The notes under the pieces were generated by a model that searched no databases, was not told where the DNA came from, and saw only the letters and a list, made by a program, of their open reading frames with translations. The position numbers and the translations under genes are program-made. A stretch of 24,796 nt of DNA from Candidatus Heimdallarchaeota archaeon (GTDB lineage Archaea > Asgardarchaeota > Heimdallarchaeia > JABLTI01), in NCBI GenBank assembly GCA_030614005.1, contig JAUWKS010000046.1, positions 1 through 24,796 of the forward strand, written 5' to 3'. Every line of letters starts with the position of its first letter. Position 1 is the first letter of the stretch. Below are positions 17,479-23,909 of the stretch, in pieces.

Positions 17479-17922
17479 ATGGGTTTCTTAAGAACTACAA
17501 CCGTAGAAGCGATAATGATTAAACCTGAAATAGTGGACGAGAATACAAACTTCGTTGAAGTAACTAAAATACTGCTTAAAACAAAGCGAGGGTGTGTTTT
17601 TGTGACAAGATTTGGGAAATTAATTGGAATAATTACAGATAGAGACATTCAAAGATTGATTTTAAAAGATGGAGGAATCATCTCTCCTGAAACTACTGCA
17701 AAAGAATTCATGATAAAACCAGTTGTTTCAGTAAATAGATCAACCTCTATTGATGAAGCAGATCAAATTATGCATAAGGAAAAAGTAAATCGATTAGCAG
17801 TTATAGATTCAAACAATAACGATGAGATTATTGGATTAATTGATTATAATTCAACACACTCTGAGATAGTAACAAAATTCGCAAAATCATTATTGCATCG
17901 AAATCAATACAAAATAAGATAA
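17479..17922 (+). CDS. Stand-alone CBS-pair protein
   Basis: Two CBS repeats: IMIKP...GKLIGIITDRDI and FMIKPVVSV...VNRLAVID...IIGLI. Confidence 0.88.
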   Translation: MGFLRTTTVEAIMIKPEIVDENTNFVEVTKILLKTKRGCVFVTRFGKLIGIITDRDIQRLILKDGGIISPETTAKEFMIKPVVSVNRSTSIDEADQIMHKEKVNRLAVIDSNNNDEIIGLIDYNSTHSEIVTKFAKSLLHRNQYKIR

Positions 17923-18002
17923 GAAAAATCAAACAACATTATTCTAAATTTAAAAAACAAAAAATGGGATTAGGTAGAAACCTAATTCCAAATATAAATC
18001 AA

Positions 18003-19526
18003 TTACCCTAAACTGCCAACTTCTTTTTCTACTTCTTCAAGAATTTCACATGATTTGACCAATGCTTTCATAGCATTGTGATCGTCGAACAATGGTCTAT
18101 CCTCATCAAGGAAATCAACATGTTTGCGAATAATTTCTTTGGCTTTAGTAACCCCATCACCAAATTTGAACTCTCTAAAGTCTAATGCTTGTGCAGCAGC
18201 CATATATTCAATGCCTAATACACCATATGCATTATCCAAGATTTGATTGTTCTTTAAAGCAGTATTCATACCCATTGATACAAAGTCTTCTTGATCTGCA
18301 GCAGCAGGAATAGACTGAATGCTTGCAGGAGCTGATAAAATTCGCATTTCAACGATTTGCATACCTGCAGTATATTGGCTTAACATTAAGCCAGACATTA
18401 AACCTGCGTTTTTGGTTAAGAACGGTGGTAAACCTACACTGAGTGCTGGATGGTTTAATCTGTTCATTCTTCTTTCAGACATAACACAAATCATGGTTAC
18501 TGCAACACCGGCCATATCCATTGGTAATGAAACAGGTGTTCCTTGAAAGTTTGCACCAGTGATAGTTAATTTTTCGTCTGGGAAGAAGACTGGATTATCT
18601 CCGACGCCATTTAGTTCGATTTCGACTTGTGAGCGAGCCCAAGCTAATGCGTCATGTGCTGCACCAATTACTTGAGGAGCGGAACGCATAGAGTAAGCGT
18701 CTTGTACTTTTACTTTCAATTTTGCTTCATACAAGTCTCCGCCTTTGAAAAGTTTGGACAAGGCTCTTGATGTTCTTATTGCTCCTGCGAATCCCCTAAT
18801 TTTATGTAATTTTGGAGTGTAAGGTTTCATATTACCCATTAAAGCTTCAATTGACATTGCACAAGCGATTTCTGCTTGTTTCATGAAATTCAATGCATCA
18901 TACAACCAAAGAGCACTCATTCCCGTAAGGAAATTAGAACCATTAATTGCTGCTAATCCATCTCTGGGTTCTAATCCAGGGACTTTTATCCCTGCTTTTT
19001 CCATTGCCTCTTTTCCAGAGATTAATTTACCCTTATAGAAGGCTCTTCCTTCGCCCATAAGTAGTAAAGCAATTTGTGACATAGAACACAAGTCACCAGA
19101 AGCACCAACAGAACCCTTTTCACAGACTTCAGGAGTGACGCCTTTATTTAACATTTCAACCATTGTTTCAGCAATAATCACTCTGTTACCAGAGTTACCA
19201 TGAGCGAGAACATTAATTCTACCCAGTATTGCAGCTCGAACATGTTCGATTGGTGCTGCTTTTCCAATACCAGCAGCATGATTGTAAATCAAATATTTTT
19301 GGAATAAATTTACTTCTTCACCTTTAAGAAAAGTTTCACTGAATTCGCCGATTCCAGTAGTTATTCCGTACATTACTTCATTTGCTTCGATTTTTTCTTC
19401 GAGCATATCTCTGCATTTTTGCATGCGTTTAATCGCATCAGGATGTAACTTTACTTTTTCATTGTGTCGTGCGACTTTTACAACATCTTCAATTGTTAGT
19501 CCAGCACCTTCTATTGTATAGGTCAT
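18003..19526 (-). CDS. MIO-dependent aromatic amino acid ammonia-lyase (HAL family, divergent subtype)
   Basis: [18 protein letters not shown] (MIO-forming ASG), GLAAING, QDAYSMRSAPQ, DNP, QEDFVSMG. Likely start ATG 19526 (MTYTIEG; AAGGTGG upstream) rather than track GTG 19622. Confidence 0.93.
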   Translation of the reverse strand: MTYTIEGAGLTIEDVVKVARHNEKVKLHPDAIKRMQKCRDMLEEKIEANEVMYGITTGIGEFSETFLKGEEVNLFQKYLIYNHAAGIGKAAPIEHVRAAILGRINVLAHGNSGNRVIIAETMVEMLNKGVTPEVCEKGSVGASGDLCSMSQIALLLMGEGRAFYKGKLISGKEAMEKAGIKVPGLEPRDGLAAINGSNFLTGMSALWLYDALNFMKQAEIACAMSIEALMGNMKPYTPKLHKIRGFAGAIRTSRALSKLFKGGDLYEAKLKVKVQDAYSMRSAPQVIGAAHDALAWARSQVEIELNGVGDNPVFFPDEKLTITGANFQGTPVSLPMDMAGVAVTMICVMSERRMNRLNHPALSVGLPPFLTKNAGLMSGLMLSQYTAGMQIVEMRILSAPASIQSIPAAADQEDFVSMGMNTALKNNQILDNAYGVLGIEYMAAAQALDFREFKFGDGVTKAKEIIRKHVDFLDEDRPLFDDHNAMKALVKSCEILEEVEKEVGSLG

Positions 19527-19742
19527 ATTTTTCCACCTTGAGTGAATAATTGTTAAAGTATTTGACACAAGTTTAAAATCTTTATCTAGAAAGTATGGGA
19601 TGAGGTCGTTTCGCTCTCCCACAATTTACCCACAAAAAGTGATTTTACGAATTCTTACGTATAACCTGAAATTTTTTTCTCAAAAAAAGTATATAGTAGT
19701 TTAAGACTATAGTTATTGTGATAGAATAGTGATTGATGGAAC

Positions 19743-20243
19743 ATGAATTCATTGTTTTTTATTAAGAAAAGAAAGTTAATGTCAATTCTAATATTTGTAA
19801 TTATTTTACTAGGATTTCAAGCTAAAAACATTTCTGGACATATTCCAGGCAGATTCTGGTTAGCTTATGATTTTGCAACTGAGACACTAAGCATAGATAT
19901 TGAGCACCCCAGAATGTATCCCGATTTACATTACATTGATAATGTGGTAATATGGAAAAATGATGTACTTGTTCGAAATGAAACTTATACTAGTCAACTT
20001 GATGACAATTATCATCTCTATTTCGTTATCAATGCTTCTCATTTGGACGTATTCAAGGGTTATGGTCGCTGTAATATTGGAGGAAATGCAACAGATACTA
20101 TTACAGTTATTGATCCTAATGCACCTTCGGTATCTTCATCTTTAGGCTTTATATCAGGATTCTCAATTTGCTTAGTTATGTTGGGTATTGGAACAATAAT
20201 TCTAGCAACTTCTATTAATAACAGATACAAAAGAAAGAATTAG
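19743..20243 (+). CDS. Secreted, C-terminally membrane-anchored protein with superoxide reductase (desulfoferrodoxin Fe-domain)-like motifs
   Basis: Signal peptide (KKRKLMSILIFVIILLG), then GHIP...EHPR...LHYID...RCNIGG, then a TM helix and basic tail NRYKRKN. Confidence 0.55.
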   Translation: MNSLFFIKKRKLMSILIFVIILLGFQAKNISGHIPGRFWLAYDFATETLSIDIEHPRMYPDLHYIDNVVIWKNDVLVRNETYTSQLDDNYHLYFVINASHLDVFKGYGRCNIGGNATDTITVIDPNAPSVSSSLGFISGFSICLVMLGIGTIILATSINNRYKRKN

Positions 20244-20296
20244 TAATACTAGTTTTTTCTTTATTTCGAATTGAAGAAACTGGCTAAAAAAAAATT

Positions 20297-20403
20297 TGGT
20301 GCAGAGAGGGAGAGTTGAACTCCCAGCTCAGGAGCCACAATCCTGAATGTTGTCAGTGTACTTCAGAGAGAATGCTTTTCACTAAATTTACACCATTTCA
20401 GCC
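20297..20403 (-). tRNA. tRNA-His(GUG)-like element; 3' two-thirds canonical, 5' half abnormal (intron-containing or degenerate)
   Basis: Minus strand: anticodon arm CAGGA-TT GTG GC-TCCTG (anticodon at 20336-20338), variable AGCT, T arm GGGAG-TTCAACT-CTCCC, acceptor 3' strand TCTCTGC, A73, encoded CCA at 20297-20299. Candidate 5' part G-GCTGAAA-TG-GTGT (20390-20403) pairs with D-stem ACAT but leaves a 39-nt D-loop. Confidence 0.7.
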
Positions 20404-20430
20404 AATTGGTTAATTCAATTTTTATCACAA

Positions 20431-22149
20431 TCAGGAGACTGCTTTTACGATGCTTCCATCAATTACCTTTGCAGCTATTTTCTCTATATCGGTATAAATT
20501 ATTCTATCGTAAGTTAATGTTGGAATAATGGTTCTGATATATTGATAAGCTTTGAAAGTCTTATCTCCTAGAGCATCTTCTGGAGTTAAATTTTGAGTTT
20601 CGCATCTTAGATCAACACCTTGTGCTGCTAACATCATTTCTATAGCAATGATGTAGACTAAATTTTCATTTATGGCCACAACATTTCTTGCTGCAATTGG
20701 ACTCATGCTAACATGATCTTCTGCATTTGCGGATGTTGGAATTGAATCTATGGACGCAGGGGAAGCTAATACTTTGTTCTCAGAAGCTAGTGCTGCTGTA
20801 ACATATTGTGGCATCATAAACCCACTATTTAACCCTAAAGCTTCTCTGTGGATTAGAAATGCACCCAATCCCTCATTCCTAGAGCCGTCAACTAATTTTG
20901 CACAACGTCTTTCCGCAATATTACCTAATTCAGACATTGCTATTGCTAGATGATCCATAGCAATTGCTATTGGTTCGCCATGAAAATTACCACCAGAATA
21001 AATATCAAATTCTAATGGATTTTCCCTCTTAATGAATATCAATGGATTATCTGTTGCTGCATTTATCTCTCGAGATAATATTGTTTTAGTATTATCCATT
21101 ACATCACTGATTGGTCCTAGTACTTGTGGGGAGCATCGAATTGAATAATCATCTTGTAATTTTGGCAGTGTTTTTATGAAGGTGTTCTTTCCTAAACCGC
21201 ATTTTGGACAGGTCCAATCTTCTGGCAGATCCTCAAAAAGAGTCCATTCATTAATTCCGCGATTTGTATCACCCATTTCGGAATCGTAGTAGTATCCACA
21301 AAATTCTCCAAAACAAGTATAGACATCTCCATAGATTTTCACTAGTTTACTCCCTTTATAGAATTCTCTTATTTTTCGAGCAATTGCTATTTGCCCTGGG
21401 TGATGTCTAGCTAAATGTATTCTCTCATCAAACTGTTGTTTAGCAGCTTTTAGAGCTTCCATTGTTAATACAAGCGCTATTAGTGAATTCTCCAATAAAT
21501 TATACGAATCCTTTATTGCCATGCAAGCAATTCCGGCAGAATATTGTACACCATTATTTAAAGCCAACCCTTCTTTATATGATAATTTTGTAATTGGTAT
21601 ACCAGCTTTTTCTAAGCCATCTTTTGCATCAAATATTTTACCTTTATATTTTAAATTCTTATGACCATCACCTATCATTGCTAATGCCATATGTGAAAGT
21701 TGGGCTAAATCACCACTCGCGCCAACAGATCCTTTACATGGAATGATTGGTAATACATTGTCATTTATCATAGCCATTAGATTCTCCATTGTAGAGAGTT
21801 TACAACCAGAATGCCCTCGAGCCAATGCAGCAACCCGCAAAACCATCATTGCTTTTACCTGTTCATCTTTTGCCGGTTCACCCACTGCGACAGAATGGCT
21901 CCGGATTAAATTTATCTGTAATTGCTCAGCATCTTTCTCCCGGATTACGATGTCCCTTAGAGAACCGAAACCAGTAGTAATTCCATAGACTTTCTGTCCT
22001 GATTCCACAGCTATTTCAATCGCTTTTCTAGCTAATCGTACTTTTTTCTTAACTGGTTCCGAGAGAGTTAATTGGTAATTATTTCTCACAATGTTGCATA
22101 CATCTTCATGTGACAAACCTTTTTCTTTAAGAACAATAGTTTTTGCCAA
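20431..22149 (-). CDS. hutH: Histidine ammonia-lyase with internal rubredoxin domain
   Basis: [15 protein letters not shown] (HAL-type His), [47 protein letters not shown]; about 52-aa rubredoxin insert. TTG start with AGGAG upstream. Confidence 0.9.
   Translation of the reverse strand: MAKTIVLKEKGLSHEDVCNIVRNNYQLTLSEPVKKKVRLARKAIEIAVESGQKVYGITTGFGSLRDIVIREKDAEQLQINLIRSHSVAVGEPAKDEQVKAMMVLRVAALARGHSGCKLSTMENLMAMINDNVLPIIPCKGSVGASGDLAQLSHMALAMIGDGHKNLKYKGKIFDAKDGLEKAGIPITKLSYKEGLALNNGVQYSAGIACMAIKDSYNLLENSLIALVLTMEALKAAKQQFDERIHLARHHPGQIAIARKIREFYKGSKLVKIYGDVYTCFGEFCGYYYDSEMGDTNRGINEWTLFEDLPEDWTCPKCGLGKNTFIKTLPKLQDDYSIRCSPQVLGPISDVMDNTKTILSREINAATDNPLIFIKRENPLEFDIYSGGNFHGEPIAIAMDHLAIAMSELGNIAERRCAKLVDGSRNEGLGAFLIHREALGLNSGFMMPQYVTAALASENKVLASPASIDSIPTSANAEDHVSMSPIAARNVVAINENLVYIIAIEMMLAAQGVDLRCETQNLTPEDALGDKTFKAYQYIRTIIPTLTYDRIIYTDIEKIAAKVIDGSIVKAVS
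21170..21325 (-). other. Rubredoxin domain inserted in-frame in the ammonia-lyase
   Basis: [48 protein letters not shown]; contains the rubredoxin pattern L-x3-W-x-C-P-x-C-G and CGYxYD...GD...FEDLPEDW. Confidence 0.92.
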
Positions 22150-22294
22150 GTCATTTTTCTCCTAAGTTTGGATTAACTAGAACTGCTTTTATAACAACAG
22201 TATTTGTTAAGCAAGCTAAGAAACAGATGAGTTTTTGAAATCATCTATTAAACCCGAAATAGAATTGATAAAAAAAAGTAATAAAAATCCTCCA

Positions 22295-22591
22295 CTAATC
22301 CTCTTGATAAGCAGCTTTGAGCATTTTTCTTTTCCGATAATTTCCACCCTTAAAATGTAAAATGCATTTGAATTTAGGATAACAATTTGGAGGAGGTGAT
22401 TCTCTATATTGAATATCCCGTTCGGATAAGATCTTAATCGTTTTTGGTTTAGGTTTCTCGTCTATAGCTTCATCTTTTAAATCAAAGTTCTCAATTTCAT
22501 CAGTTATTTCATCTTTACTATTTGATGAGCTAATTTCGAAAGCAAACTCATTGAAATTATCAGTTGATTGATCATCTTCCCTTTTCTTCAA
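22295..22591 (-). CDS. Small hypothetical protein (acidic N-half, C-x5-C-x2-H C-terminal segment), last gene of the Ubl operon
   Basis: TTG start overlaps the E2 stop (TTGA), GGAGG upstream within the E2 3' end; 98 aa with no recognised family. Confidence 0.6.
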   Translation of the reverse strand: MKKREDDQSTDNFNEFAFEISSSNSKDEITDEIENFDLKDEAIDEKPKPKTIKILSERDIQYRESPPPNCYPKFKCILHFKGGNYRKRKMLKAAYQED

Positions 22592-23367
22592 ATTATACGT
22601 ATGCCTCCTTTTTTCTTATCCTTAATCTTTTGTGAGGAGCCTTTCGTTTCTTCGGCCTCTTTTGGAATAATTCTAATTGCACTTTTTTCTTTACCAACTT
22701 GTTTTTTGTTATCTTCACCGATTATTTTTATTCCACCACCACTATCTTTCAGAGAAGCTTTTTCGTGTTTTGTATCCCAATTAACTAACATTGCTTTGTG
22801 TATATTTTCTGCATCTTTTTCGAACCAACGCATAGCCAATGTATTCATTCCAGAATCCTCTTTGGGGTATAGTTTGGGTGGGCGTATTCTTCTTGGATCC
22901 ATTAATAGATGGTAAATTAAATCTATCAAAATTCTATCCACTTCTCCATTTACTATTATACAAGCATCTCCTCTGCTGGACATGGATATTCTTGGATGCC
23001 AAAGTCTTGTTACAGATTTCATTTTTATGTGGGATAAGTTTGCTGGGTAAACCCTTGGTAGATGTATCGTAAATTTATGAGTGTAACCAATGTTCATTTG
23101 TTCTTTTTGGGCTGATTGACCAACCAAACCAGGAGTTCTTCTAGTAGTAAACAGTATCTCTCTAAATGCCCCATCTTGATATTTTCCTGTTATTTCTACA
23201 GTATAATCCTCTTGTACCCATTTGTCACCTTTTCGTGCGAATGGTTGCCATTTCCATCCTTCTTTTTTGAAGAAATCTTCCATTGAATCATAAAAAACAT
23301 TTATTGATTCAGCTATTCGGGCATTTACTACGGTTGCTGGGAAATTTGCTCTTGAAATTTTTTTCAC
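22588..23367 (-). CDS. E2 ubiquitin-conjugating-enzyme-like protein with intact catalytic Cys
   Basis: HKFTIHLPRVYP...TRLWHPRIS...GDACI...DSGMNTLAMRWF parallels the UBC pattern (FPxxYP, HPNI, GxICL, DPLNxxAA); low-complexity tail. Confidence 0.85.
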   Translation of the reverse strand: MKKISRANFPATVVNARIAESINVFYDSMEDFFKKEGWKWQPFARKGDKWVQEDYTVEITGKYQDGAFREILFTTRRTPGLVGQSAQKEQMNIGYTHKFTIHLPRVYPANLSHIKMKSVTRLWHPRISMSSRGDACIIVNGEVDRILIDLIYHLLMDPRRIRPPKLYPKEDSGMNTLAMRWFEKDAENIHKAMLVNWDTKHEKASLKDSGGGIKIIGEDNKKQVGKEKSAIRIIPKEAEETKGSSQKIKDKKKGGIRII

Positions 23368-23471
23368 CTTTACTTTGATTTCATTAAGATAAGTTGGGGA
23401 TTAATTGATCTATAATCCCCTGAAGATTATTATCTAACTAGTTTTGTTGTTGAGGGTTCGTTTCGGGGTTT

Positions 23472-23783
23472 TTATCCAACTTGAGCACAAGCATCAAGTT
23501 TGAAGCGTTCATTTGTTTCTAGTATTGGTTCTAATGAACCGAATGTTGCTGCAGGAGGTAAGGCAGTATTACCTGTTGATTTTCGCATTAGTACGAAACT
23601 AACATTTGGTTGCCCTACTTTTTCTTTGGCCCATTTGGATATGTCTACTCCTTCATCTACACATCGTTGTACTAATGTTTTAACAACTTCATCTATGGTA
23701 GATTCTTCTTCAACAGCTACCCTAAACTCTTTTTGTCTAGGCTCTACATCAACGATTATTTCTCGCCATATTTCTTCGCTCAT
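23472..23783 (-). CDS. Ubiquitin-like (beta-grasp) modifier ending in -AQVG
   Basis: Predicted beta1 WREIIVDVE, beta2 KEFRVAV, helix STIDEVVKTLVQRC, beta3 SFVLMRK, LPPAATFGSL (ubiquitin LxDxxTL-like), beta5 RFKLDA, terminal Gly then stop; lies between E1 and E2 genes; AAGGTG upstream. Confidence 0.82.
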   Translation of the reverse strand: MSEEIWREIIVDVEPRQKEFRVAVEEESTIDEVVKTLVQRCVDEGVDISKWAKEKVGQPNVSFVLMRKSTGNTALPPAATFGSLEPILETNERFKLDACAQVG

Positions 23784-23909
23784 TTGTTAACACCTTTAAT
23801 TGATTTTTTTTTTCTTTACTGCATAATTTCTTATTACTACTGTTGGATGCTGCTCTGCATCTTTGATAACCCAACAATAATTGATTGATGGAAATTACCG
23901 ATGTGAGCA

